From Lama guanicoe (lineage: Eukaryota), in NCBI GenBank assembly GCA_013239625.1, contig MU053376.1, positions 2,530,507 to 2,567,697 of the forward strand: a stretch of 37,191 nt of DNA, in the 5' to 3' direction. Both the position numbers and the translations under genes were made by a program. A model generated the notes under the pieces. The model saw nothing but the letters and a program-made list of their open reading frames with translations. It was not told the DNA's origin and made no database searches. Below, piece after piece: positions 25,881 to 37,191 of the stretch (position 1 is the first letter of the stretch; each line of letters opens with the position of its first letter).

Positions 25881-26584
25881 TCACACTTCTCCAAAGTTGG
25901 TATGGCCTGTCTCCTTGGCATGGTCCCTTGCTTCTGCTTGTCCAATTAATCCTTTCTGACATACCATGCATCTCAGGGTGAAGCGGTTGACATCAGTAAA
26001 CTGTCTCTTGCTTCTAGCTTCATCTGCTAATTCCAGTGCTTGTACAAGAACAATATCATCATTAGAGGAGAAAATGGTCAGAGGAGGGGTGTTTGGGTCA
26101 GGGAAGACACGCTGAAGGGGATCGTAGTGGATTCCATCATAAATAAGCAGGACCCTTTTGGTATATCCTGCATCTTCCCCAAAACGATCAATTCTTACTG
26201 TCTGTGTATCTACCACACATATTTCGCATTGATAAAATTTAGACAAAATTGATATCTCAATAGCCCCACCCCAAGTATCATCCCTTTTGATCCAGTCACA
26301 GTACTCTTGATTTGTTTTTCCCAGTATCGCCTCGCTGTACAAGACTGGATCACTTGCCACAATCTGTGCTATGAGACGTCTCATCTCAGGGGCACAAGCT
26401 GGATTCAAAACTCCTCCTTCAACAACATAGTACACACTGGTAAAAAGGCAAGAGTTGTCTGCTGGGACCGCCGTTCTGGTAAGCACAGGCAAAGTTTCCC
26501 TGACGTAGCTAGGAGCACCAAGTTTTGTAAATGTAGGTGACGTTTTGGGCCTGGTTTGGTCTTCTTCAACGATCAGCATGTCGC
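25881..26584 (-). CDS. YOD1: YOD1/OTUD2 deubiquitinase, coding exon 2 (OTU domain and C2H2 zinc finger)
   Basis: Acceptor (T)n-gacag|GC at 26585/26584. Contains VPADNSCLF (D157/C160), WGGAIE, YDGIHYD and CMVC...H...GH. 704 nt plus 343 nt of exon 1 = 1047 nt = 348 aa + TGA. Confidence 0.98.
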
Positions 26585-27596
26585 CTGTCAAAAAAAAAAA
26601 CAAATCCAGAACTGCAGAAAAATTATAGTTGAAACTGAGTGTTCACTAACCAAGTCTGTAAAATACAAACCAAAGGAGTTAAAGTATAAGCTGGAGTTAC
26701 TAGGGAAAATACAGCTTTTCATCTGAATTTTCATAAAGATGAAAACAGAACAAAGAGAAAAATGCTTTGGGTTGCACCTAATTCAGTAAAGGGGCCTGGG
26801 TTATACACTTAAAAAAATACATTTCAAGAACAAAATTTTCTTATGCTTGCTCTCTGCAGTTTAAAAGCACACATCTTCCAAAAGGTGTTTATCATAGACT
26901 AGGCCACTAGGGGGTTCTCGTCCTTCGGAAACTTAACGTATCTACCCTGTTTAGTGTTTACAAGATCCTTGATGCAACAGTGGAAAGCTTTTAATTACCA
27001 GTATTGCTGTTCAAGTTTTAATACTGGACAGAAATAACTGCCGTTGTTTAGAACTTCAAAGGGCCTTAGTGGGTGTGTCAAAGCAAACTCTAAAACAAGT
27101 ACATCTGTCAAAATATAAATGGGGGTGATCGCAAAAATGAACCAGGAAAGCAAATAAAAAAAAAAAGTATCCTATATCCTTCAGAACTGCTGTTTTCTTC
27201 TCACTGATACAGGAGAAAAGAGCCATCAGGACAGAAAAAACAAGCGACCCCCTCCCTCCTTTAAAATAGTTTTGTGGACGCAGAGGGAAAACAAAATGAA
27301 TGAGATGTTTTCCAAACAGACCAAAAAGCGGACCGAGGAAAGGAGACTCCAAGCCTTCGGCTTCTCACACAACTTGGGCCCTCCCGGTCTCTTCTAACCA
27401 TAGATAAAGTCAAGTAATAGTTGCTAGACACTCGCCCCGGCCTCCGTCAGAGTTCTCTGTTTTGTAACCTATCCTAGCCTTGTCCTCAAAGCCCCCAGCC
27501 GCCCCACAGCCACCTTGCGCCGACTATCTCTGTTCTTCCCCACGCCCCTCTGCGTCCTCCCAGGACTCTGCCTAGCCCCAGCCTCGGCTCCCTTAC

Positions 27597-27939
27597 CTGA
27601 CTGGATGGGCAAATCCCCCAGAACTGTATCCTCGTTGTTGAGATCCAGGCACTCGGGCGGGTATCCGACGAGGATTCGCTGAGAGCCGGGAGCAATCCCG
27701 GTGATGGCGGCAATTTGGCCCTGGAGCTCCCGCACCCGGGTCCGGCTGCACAACCCCTGCAAGACATGGGTGCCATCCTTGGCCTTGCAGCGGAGCCGCC
27801 ACATCGTGTCGGTCCAGCCGCCCACAGGCCAGACACCCGCGGAGCCAGTTTTGGTCCCGGCAGCAGGCTGACATACGCCGCCGGGGAAACCAGCCGCCGG
27901 ACGGACTCCAAAATGGCCACCCTTTGCCGGGCCAAACAT
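27597..27939 (-). CDS. YOD1: YOD1 coding exon 1 (N-terminal extension and UBX-like domain)
   Basis: [12 protein letters not shown]...[18 protein letters not shown]...GDLPIQS; donor CAG|gtaagg at 27597/27596; phase 1 matches exon 2 (G|GC). Confidence 0.98.
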
Positions 27940-28130
27940 CGCGAGAAGTCACTGGTTGTCACAGTTCTCGCGATACTCTGGTGCAGTTTCTATCTCAACA
28001 CGGTCTTAAAGTGACAACCAATTCCCAGCCGCTCGGCTTCCGGAGGCAAAGGATGAAGATTTATTCGTATTCCTGTAGTGCGACTGGTCTTGCTACCTGT
28101 AGAGCGAGTGAGGTGCCCTCTGCGTCGGCA
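27940..28130 (-). promoter_or_regulatory. YOD1: YOD1 5'UTR and CpG-island promoter
   Basis: CpG-rich; TCTCGCGA-type motifs at 27938-27947 and 27965-27974; CCAAT at 28018-28022; ETS-like CTTCCGG at 28037-28043. Confidence 0.65.
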
Positions 28131-29439
28131 GCATATATGCTCAAGGGAAGAAGGCGGGGGAAGGAGTTGCTGAATCGAATACATTGGAATGTAACCTTGC
28201 ATTTAGGTCGGAAATTATTAAATTGAAGCTTCCAAATTACACCGGGAGAAACAGAATCATAGTTCGGAACGCAAACGAATGCCAAGAATGGTCAGTGAGT
28301 CAAAGGACCTGCCAGAAACAAGCAGATACTCGTGACTAGACTCACCGCTGCAGCAAACATTGACTCATTGAGGTTAAGGGGGCCGGGCGACTGGCCTTTC
28401 CACCTCCGTAAGACTGTAACTTGAAAACTTCCATTTGCCACATTCAGAAAGCGCAGTATGATGTCAGCATCTGGGCCAAGGGCAACTGCTACATTCAGGA
28501 GGTGGTGGCAGTATACTGAAGAGGAATGAAGAGGACTAACGTGTGTCATCCAGATTCCAGTTCAGGCTCTAGGTATACAAATACCAAGACGACTACATTC
28601 CTGCCTTTAGTATGGCAAAGTACTTACGTAATCGGGAGAGAGGGTGGAGTGGAAAGGACACATAACCATTGAAGTTCACAGCAACGTAATAATGCTAGAT
28701 TATGTGACTGATTTCAGCCCTGTATCCCTAGAATGAAGGACTGTGCTTCGCGAATAAATTCTCAGTAAAAACTTGCTGAATGGATAAAGCAGTTGTACAG
28801 GCACAGAGAGGGCAACCATAACATACTGGGAGTTGTAAAAAGCTTCAAAGAGAAAATACTATTTGCGTTGTTATAAAGGATGAATTTAATCCCCTGGTGA
28901 AAGAGGAGTAAAAATATCTCTAAATTTCTCTTTCTTCCAAGAAATTCATACTCATTGTTCTTTTTCTATCCTGTATCTAGAGCAGCAAGGTCTTCCCTGC
29001 GTAGAGGAGGTTTCTCAACAGAATCAAGCATCAAACGGGCCTGGGGGCAACTGTGAACAGTTCATTTGAAACGTGCAAACTCGTCTACACTGTAAAAGCC
29101 TCTACCTCTGAATAAGTTCTATGGAAACTGCGTCTTTTCACACCTTTCATGACCCAGTTTTCTCCCGGCGCAATTTTCCTCTTTGGTTCTTCAAGATGAC
29201 CAGAACAGACGGTACAGCGCGGGTGGTAGGAGGGAGAATGAGTAAGGTGGTAAGTCCACTGCAGTATGTGCGTGGGTCTAGGGAAGCTCCTGGTTCAGTG
29301 GTGAGAGTAGTTGATTTTCTTAGTTTACAGTGCCTAACCTAAGGGAAGAATATGCAAACACCCTAAGATGTAACCAGCTTAAGTACTGTTATAGTTTACT
29401 CTAGCAAAGCACCTTCTAACGCTTAACGTTCCAATTTAT

Positions 29440-29790
29440 GGCTCGAACGACGTTCCGCTGGAATTCAGGGAGGAAAGCGTTAATCTCCGCAACGTTTTTT
29501 TCCGGTTACCAAAAAGTCACACCCTCTCTAGACGGCTACTAGTTCTCTCTCGCGAGAGTGTGAGAAAGTGCGCTTTCTATAAACCCCGCCCCCAGCCCTT
29601 TAGTTGCCAAGCAACGATGCAACCAACCTCCACAGCTCCAGCCTCCTTTAGGCGCTAGCGTCAGCGATTCCGATTTCAGCCCCGCCCCCTGGAGCCCGCG
29701 GGCGCTCGATTGGTGGATGATTCTCCCCAGGTGAGGACAAGCGCGGGAGTGGGCGGAGCCAGGCAGGGGCACGTGATTCGCCGGGGACTG
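29440..29790 (+). promoter_or_regulatory. PFKFB2: PFKFB2 CpG-island promoter
   Basis: TCTCGCGAGA 29548-29557; RFX X-box-like GTTGCCAAGCAAC 29603-29615; GC boxes (~29584, 29680, 29751); ATTGG 29709-29713; E-box CACGTG 29770-29775. Confidence 0.75.
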
Positions 29791-29842
29791 GTGTGCCGGA
29801 CCCCGGCCGCAGTCGGTTGCCTCCGGTCTGCCGCTTTATCGG
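29790..29842 (+). other. PFKFB2: Possible non-coding exon 1 of PFKFB2 (boundaries uncertain)
   Basis: Lies downstream of the promoter motifs; candidate donor CGG|gtaggt at 29842/29843. Confidence 0.35.
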
Positions 29843-30559
29843 GTAGGTGCTGGGGCCACAGCCGGAAGGGCTCTTAGGAGGGATCCTGGGGCGAGCGACA
29901 GCTGTACAGCGCCTTGTAGGATCTAGGCGGGAGAGAGGAGGGAGGTTGCGTGCACCCTAATGAGGTGGGGGAAGATGAAGCCTCGTTGTTTAGGGGAAGC
30001 GCGGGCCCCCGGGCATCGCCCAGAGTGCGGACGTTTAGGGACCCGGAGCCGCAGCTGAAGCCTCGGTTAGAGGATTTGTGTGGTCTGTGGAAGAACCGTG
30101 CAAGGTCCTTGAAACAGTAGGACCTTCCTTCCTCACGAGTCCCTTGTCAGGATTTGCTGAGTGGACTCTGGGCTCTCCTGCCCCAGTTCAGGTCAGGACT
30201 TATCCCTCACTCTGCAGGTGACCTTGGGGAAGCTATTTACCGCCTCTTTGCTCCCCAGTGTTTCTTCCATAGGCTGCTTCCTAGGGCACAGATGGGGAGA
30301 AGGTGCGGACAAGGGCTTGAGAATGAGAGCACCAGTGGAGAAATGATGACGTGATAGGGCTGTCTCCGGGTTCAGTTACAATTTTTCCTTCAGGAGACAT
30401 GTTTGAGATTTTCCCACTTCTCATTTTTGTCAGGACTGAATCCTACCATTGGACTGCAGTTACTTGATGATAATGGACTTGATCTGTTCGCAGGCCACTC
30501 CACCTCTAATTGCTGCCACCACTGTCCCCAGATTCTTAAACTGGAATCTGAGGTCAGGA

Positions 30560-30835
30560 ACTAACTTAATTTGATTAACCTCAGTTTTTCAGTCTGTGAA
30601 ATGGGGAGAAGTAATAATGGTAGCCAAATGTGTTTTATTACAGGATTATTGGAAGGACTGAAGGAGATGATTTATGCGAATGTAAACTCCTATGTCAGCA
30701 TTATACGTGCAAGGTTCTGGTGTAGGTCTTTATAGATGGGGAAACAGAGGGCCAGGGACAGTCATAACTTTATCCTAGGTCATGTAGCTGTTAGCTGGGA
30801 GAAAGAGGGCTGGACTTGACTCTTGGCCTAGGGTT
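30560..30835. mobile_element. Two MIR relics in opposite orientation
   Basis: cctcagtttttcagtctgtgaaatgggga... and ttatagatggggaaacagagg...ggtcatgtagct. Confidence 0.6.
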
Positions 30836-30945
30836 CTTTCACTTATACCTTGCTGATCCTCTTTAGGGTTTTGAGGGATGTCTCCTTCCTTCCCTTCCTC
30901 ACACCCCTTTTGTCCTTTTCAGACATCCCCTGAACAAGAGCTGCC

Positions 30946-31033
30946 ATGTCTGGGAATTCTGCATTATCCTCAGAACAGAACAACAACAGCTATGAAACCA
31001 AGTCAAATCTCCGAATGTCTGAGAAGAAATGTT
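30946..31033 (+). CDS. PFKFB2: PFKFB2 (heart-type PFK-2/FBPase-2) first coding exon
   Basis: Acceptor ttttcag|30923; Kozak gccATG; translates [29 protein letters not shown] + T; donor T|gtgagt at 31033/31034. Confidence 0.95.
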
Positions 31034-32064
31034 GTGAGTTCTGAGAAAGAGGAGGGGCTGCTCTCTGCTGGGATTTTATCTCAGGAATATAATTGTAATA
31101 CTAGACTTTGCAGCTTGGTGGGAGTGAGAAGTAATTCTTTGACAAGGGAATTTAAAACAAAGTCTACCAGGAGAATTTCCTGTCTGAAACACGTAGATTC
31201 AGTGAAACGTCTGTCCTTGGGGCTAGATGGTGTAGCCCAGCATTTTCTTACTGCTTTCTTTAACCAAATTTCTCTCTCTCCTGGGGGTATCTGCACACTG
31301 GATTGATGTTGAAAGTTAGAGGAAGCATTACTGTACATGCAGTGGGACAGGCAGAGTGGTAGGGTGCAGAAATTACTCGGGACTGATACTGTTAATAGTT
31401 TCCCTTTATCTCTTGGGTTAAGTTTTTTGAGGATGCTGCTCTTGGGTTTAGCCTTTACACTTTGCAAACTATTTTCCCTGGAGGTTCATTTCTCTGGGCA
31501 CAGGTTTCATGGGAACATTTCCATGGCAATCTTTTAGACAGAGGCAGCAGGTGGGTTTGCAGAGAGATGAAGTACCCTTTCCTGTCCCCATGCATCTGTA
31601 TGCCTAAGCATCCTATGGACTGCAAGACTGCATAGCCTGGTCCAAAAGGTCCTGGGCAACTGGTCATCAGATGTTTGGGGGAACCTCAAGGCAAGCTAAC
31701 TCTTTCCCCTGCTTCCAGGTTCCTTTGGAACCTTGTCAGTCAGTTCTTCTCACTTCAGTGGTTATATATATCAGCAGGTGGAAACAGCCAACTAGCATGA
31801 GACCTGGAATCATCTCATGTTCAAAGTTTACCCTAGAGTCTCAACCTTGATGTCATGCCTTTGTCAGTCTCATGATTAACGATGATCGTCTCTTTTCACC
31901 TAACACTGATGAGGCTCGCTGGGGTTTGGGCTGCAACAGAGGCAGCTTGTTTGGATGTGATACTGGGGACTGGGGTTGGTGCACCTTTATGATCAGGGTC
32001 TTCTTTCTCTGCCAGGGCAGGAAGCCAGGTACTGAGCACAAATACCCCGGGGGAAGGTAACTAG

Positions 32065-32300
32065 TATAGCCCGACGATTGAGTGCAGCCTCCGGAGTCAG
32101 ACTGCCTGGGTTTGAATCTTGGTTTTACTACTTCCTAGCCACATGCTTTTAAACAAGTTGCTTATCCTCTCCACGCCTCAATTTACTTGTTCATAAAATG
32201 GGAATACTAGTAGTACCTCCATCCCCGCCCCACCCCTGGTGTGATGTGAGAATTGAGTGAGTAAATATTATAGGGCAGCACTTGGAAGAGTGTTGATGTG
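32065..32300 (+). mobile_element. MIR SINE
   Basis: ggagtcagactgcctgggtttgaatcttgg...aagttgcttatcctctccacgcctcaattt...taaaatgggaata...tgtgagaattgagtgag. Confidence 0.8.
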
Positions 32301-33479
32301 TCATGTTTCATTGGTGACTCTATTTGCATGTTGTGTTTATTCCTGAAACAGTATATACATTGAATTATACTCTAAATGCTGTTCTGGGAGCTCACTATTT
32401 AAAAGAGCCCTGTGAAAGATGGTGTTTTTAGTAAAGAATGTTTTCTCCTCTTGTTTGGCAGCATTGTCACCCAGATTTGGGGATATGGGATGCACATCTT
32501 CAAGAGAGGTGCCCTTGTATTACTAGGACACTTGAGCCAAAAAGAGAACAGAAAGCTGGTGGAGGGGGTGATCACTGTGGGGGTCTCTGACTCTGTGCAA
32601 TGCCCAGTGTCAGTCCTTTGAGTTCAGCTTTCTCCTCCATGGGAATCTCCTACCTGCCTTCCTAAAGCTCTTCTGAAGTTTTTCTGCTATGAGAGTTTTT
32701 GATTAACCGAGGAAGCAGTAATCCTAGGACTCTTGGCTTCCTCTAGGCTCTTAATTCCTTCTATAGGCTCTGATCTCTTCTTCCCAAATTCCACCCTCTC
32801 CCCAACTCCCTGGAGACACTGGGTGGTCCTGAAGCCGCTGTCATTCATTTACCCCACTCTCTCCTCCCCTCATGGTTGGACTGTGAGACTGGTGGCCATA
32901 GTCACAGGGGAAACAGCATTGTGAGAGTAGGTTTTAGTTTATTTCCTTTGTCTCTGTTACTGCCTGTATCTTGAAACAGGCTCTCCTGGCTGCCTAGTGT
33001 TCACACCCAGCAGTTGCTTTATTAATAGCTCACTCGTTATCCTATTGCTGCTAATTAACACCTGTTGTTGGCTGACTTCGAGGCTGAGAAGTGCCTGAGC
33101 TGGACAGCTGAAGAATGTCTTGAGGGAGCCAAAACTTCCAAAGGAGCATTACCGGAATTTCAGCTGCTCCAGGGATGGGAAGAAGGGGGGTGGTACTGGC
33201 TGAGGTGCCTTTAAGGTGCTCAGATTACCGGTTTCAGGAATTGGGAGTGGGGCGGAGGTCTACATGCTTTTCTTTCTTTGTTTCTTTCATTCTTTGATAT
33301 TTTGAATAGGTCTGGAACAGACAAGCTTCCTATGAATCTTTCTCTAATTACAAAAGCAGTACAGGTTCATGAAAAATTCAGACAATACAGAAAGAAAGGA
33401 AAAAGCAAGAAAGCTCTTACAATTTTTCTTGTCCCTGTTAAGTTTGATTCCTTCCAAATAATATCCTGGTGTGTCCTGT

Positions 33480-33790
33480 TAATGAAAATAGGTTCGCATT
33501 GTACACATTTTGTTCTGCTGCCGTTTCCTCTTTTTTTTTTAACATACTATATTGTGGACATTTTTTTTCACATCAGTAAATTTAGATTTACCTCATTCTG
33601 CATAGAATTGTGTCATATGGCTGTGCCAGCCTCTCCCTGATGGACATTTATGTTGTTTACAATTTTCCACCATCACAAACAGTGCTGTAGTGAGCATCCT
33701 TGCGTATACATCTTTGCACGTTTGTGCTAGCAAGTTTTCCTACAGAAATAATAGGAGAAAAGATAGACACGTTTGGATTGTTGATCAGCA
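33480..33790 (-). mobile_element. Ancient L1M 3'-end relic
   Basis: tgatggacatttatgttgtttacaattttccaccatcacaaacagtgctgtagtgagcatccttg is typical of L1M reverse-strand sequence. Confidence 0.65.
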
Positions 33791-36567
33791 TTCCTCAAAA
33801 GTTCTGAATTGTTAACTGGTTTTCATATTTCAAAGTGCTTGATAGAAATTGTGCATTATCAGCTATTGCTGCGCGGGTTACATAAAACCTTAACTTTCGA
33901 AGTGTCTGGCTGTAGAACTTGGCTGTTTTATGACTACCAGTCAGATAGCAGGGGATAATCAGCAGTTTTATGACTTCTGAGGAATAAAAAGAAGATATTG
34001 CCACTGAAGCACATTTTAAAGGGCAGCACATTTCCAAATGTTAGGGCTATTTAGACCAAAAAGTGGAAGAAGACCTTGGTCAGGAGACAGCCGGGAACCA
34101 CTGGTCTTCTAGACCACCTTCAGGATTAGATTAGAGAGCAGAGTCGTGCTGGCCACATGGCTCCCTTCCTTAGGTGCTGACAAGAGCTGGTGACTGGGAC
34201 TGATTGGGCAATCACGAAACCAGGAGTCTGATCAAAGCCCTGACCTTGACTTTCTATTGAGGGGACTGTCGGCCAAGCTCTTCCCTTCTCTCTGGGCTTG
34301 AGGTTTGCTGTCTACAGGAGGGAAGTTTCCAAACTCTCATTACCTCTAAGTGTGTTCATGAAGGGAAAATAAGATTGAGAAAGTGAGTTCCACCTTGTGT
34401 AAAGAAGGTAGGAGAGGGTTTCAGGATTGAAACAGCTTTCCATTGTAAGTGAGGGGTATGTTACATTGTCTCTGAAATTAATCAGTGTGAGGTGCCTACT
34501 GTTCAAGTTAAGGTGGTGATGGTGTTTTATAACAGGCAGGACAGAATGTTCCTAGTTTTGCTGATGTGGCAGTTTGAGATAGGAAGATGGTTTAGTTTTG
34601 TCCTCAGGAAAAGGAGAAGCCCTGGTGGCAGCAGGTGTGGTGCAGATGTGTTCTGGGCAGAGGTGGGAGGTGTGTTGCTGGGGGCTACCCTGGGGCGTCC
34701 TTCGTGCCCCGAGTTCTCTTTTGTTCTTAGCGCTCTCTGTCTAGTTTGGTAAACATGGAGCAGCTGGTTCCCTGCTTGGCTTCAGAGCATCTCCCAAGGA
34801 TGGCTCATTTTCAGCTCCAGGGAGGGTAACAGGACCTCTGGGGGAAGTGGCTAATGGGCTGGAAGGTGTGGACAGAGCAGGACTAGACATGAAGGTAATG
34901 AGCCAAGCCATGGGGATTGAGAAGAGAGGGGCGCTGGGCTGGAGAAAGTGAAGACTCAGGAGGATTTCACTCCTGAAACCTGAGGCAGCTGATCCCGGGC
35001 AAAGCAGATCTGCATATTAGGGGTCAGAGACTGGGGAGTAACATCAGCTGAGCCTGCAGCCTGGTGTTTGCCCGTCTTTGTGCTCCCTGTTTGGACAGAG
35101 ATGTAAATCACTTCTGTTGCTCATTACCTACCTTGGAGAGGTTCCTGCTCAGGCCTGGGAATTTTCCACGTGCACAGTGGGGAGAGGACTGAAACCCAAG
35201 CCCTCTGTCCCGAGTCGGAGCATGCGCCCCTCTGTCACTGCCAGGGCCCCTCTTTGGCTTCTGGGTACTTCTTGCCAAAACCCCTCGGAAACTTTCTTCC
35301 TTCTGAGGTCTGTTCTCTACCCACATCCCTCTGCTCACTTCCTCCTTGAGATCATTTCACATTCCCTTCTCAAAAAATGAAAGATGACTTTCCCATTCCA
35401 GGGACCCCAGTTTGGCTGAACTATTTCTTAGCCTTCCAGGGTCACCTTGTGCCAGGGCAGAGGAGCAGCGACTACTCATGGGCTGTCTTCTGGAAGGCAG
35501 TGCTGGGAAGACAAAGGTGAAAGCAGTTCTTTCCCATCCCATCGGCATGCAGGGCCTCCGACACAGCAGCCAGCAGAGCGGGAACCCTCCCAGATGAGCT
35601 CAGTTTGGGTCTCAGGAACGTGGCTGGCAGCAGTGCAGGGCATTCATTGTCCCACCTCTTCTGGGGCAGGATGGGCAGGGAGGAGCCAGCCCCTGGGAGC
35701 AAGCTGAGGAGGAACTGGAGGCCCTTTTTATGGAGAAAAGCTGCCTAGGAAGCACAAGATCCGGATTCTAGAGCCAGCTCTACTGATGACTCATTGTGTG
35801 TCCTTAGGGAGGTCACCTGTCCTGAGCATCCAGTCAACCCCATCTGTCTAGTGAGCCCCGTCTCTGTAAACGAGCATTCCTGAAGTCAGTTTCCTAAGGA
35901 AGGGCGGGCCAGCGGCTGTTCCTGCTTCTAAACTTGCTTTTACTCGGGCCTTTGAGGCAGGCTGGCCATGATGCCCACATGCGCCAGCTACCACAAAGCT
36001 CCCTGAGGTCTAGTCAGCTCGTGTCAGGCAGGCTTTGCCACAGTCAAATGGTTTCAGAATTCTGGTTGAAACTCGTAGTCTGAGTGCAACGGTCAAAACA
36101 GATTGAGGCCAGACTCTTTTTAATGAAAGTACTTCTTGCGGGTGGCTCTACAAGGAAAAGATGGGATCCTCAGGGTAGAAGCTCTGTTGGACCTGTTACA
36201 GGAGCCTGCTCAGGTCCACACTGGTGGGGTCTTCAGGCACAAGACCCTCCTTCAAGGCTACACACTTTTGTGTTACTGTTTGTCTCATGGTTACTGTCTT
36301 TCTAATCTTTGCCACTTTTTTTTTTCTCTTTCCACCTTGGGTAGCCCTGTGAAGACTTTGGACGAGTAGGAGAGACGTGTCTTGGTTTGGTTACCCTCTG
36401 GGAGTCTACATGACTCTTTAACTCTCCTTGAGCAGGGTTCACCCAGTATCTCCTCAGTTTGCCTTCCTGGATACTGGCCTCACTGAGGTTTATGAGGGTC
36501 AAACCAGATTCAGACCATGAGGTTCCTAGCCCAGGGCACAAACCTTACCCGGCCCCTCGTCCTTTAG

Positions 36568-36837
<270 letters not shown>

Positions 36838-37191
36838 TGATTTCCTAGATTTATTCCCTGTCCAGACACTTGTTCCTCCTGGCCTGGCTGGATTGGCCTA
36901 GTTTTGAGGGAAGGCCTTTGATAAGCGTATTAGGAATTAAATGAATATAGGGCTTTGCATTTCCAAAGCCCTTTATCTACAGCATCTCTTCTAATCCTAG
37001 CAGTACCCCTGTGGAATAGCCAAAGCGGCTGAGGAAATGAAAACTCAGGCCATTTAACAGCTCAAAGAAAGAAAGCCCATGTGCCTTCTTTGTAGACCAA
37101 CCAGGAGGCTGTGCAGACCCACATTTTGACTAGTAACCACTCGAACATCTGAATATCAAAACTTTCACAATAAACAATCAGTGAAGTGATA

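Noticed and set aside
26585..26603. ORF-track start 'MFFFLTG' for YOD1 exon 2
   Set aside because: This is the polypyrimidine tract and acceptor of the intron; the exon starts at 26584.
27469..27596. ORF-track extension of YOD1 exon 1 and overlapping alternative-frame ORFs
   Set aside because: Intronic read-through past the donor at 27596; the other frames are explained by high GC content.
30878..31467. 142-aa (+) and 128-aa (-) ORFs over PFKFB2 exon 2
   Set aside because: They are out of frame or antisense to the true 88-nt coding segment and have no recognisable domains.

Overview
Mammalian genomic DNA, most likely camelid given two tRNA-derived SINEs resembling Vic-1 and the young L1 3' ends. 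It covers the conserved C1orf116(SARG) <- YOD1 <- -> PFKFB2 cluster. Contents: the non-coding first exon and promoter of C1orf116 (minus, ~2.7-3.0 kb); a repeat-rich intergenic block (49-bp minisatellite, decayed L1 ORF2 with nested insertions, a TSD-flanked L1 lacking almost all of ORF2, L2/MIR relics); the complete two-exon YOD1 deubiquitinase gene (348 aa, minus) with a ~5.1 kb 3'UTR rich in miRNA seed sites; and the head-to-head 5' part of PFKFB2 (promoter, first two coding exons). Most notable: (1) an apparent 14-nt insertion at the PFKFB2 exon-3 acceptor that frameshifts the canonical protein into a stop overlapping the next ATG (ATGA); (2) an ORF1-only, HAL1-like or possibly spliced L1; (3) two interlocking 10-bp inverted repeats over the YOD1 start codon; (4) a disabled homolog of the human YOD1 isoform-2 cassette exon. 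Ortholog comparisons are from memory; no database searches were run.
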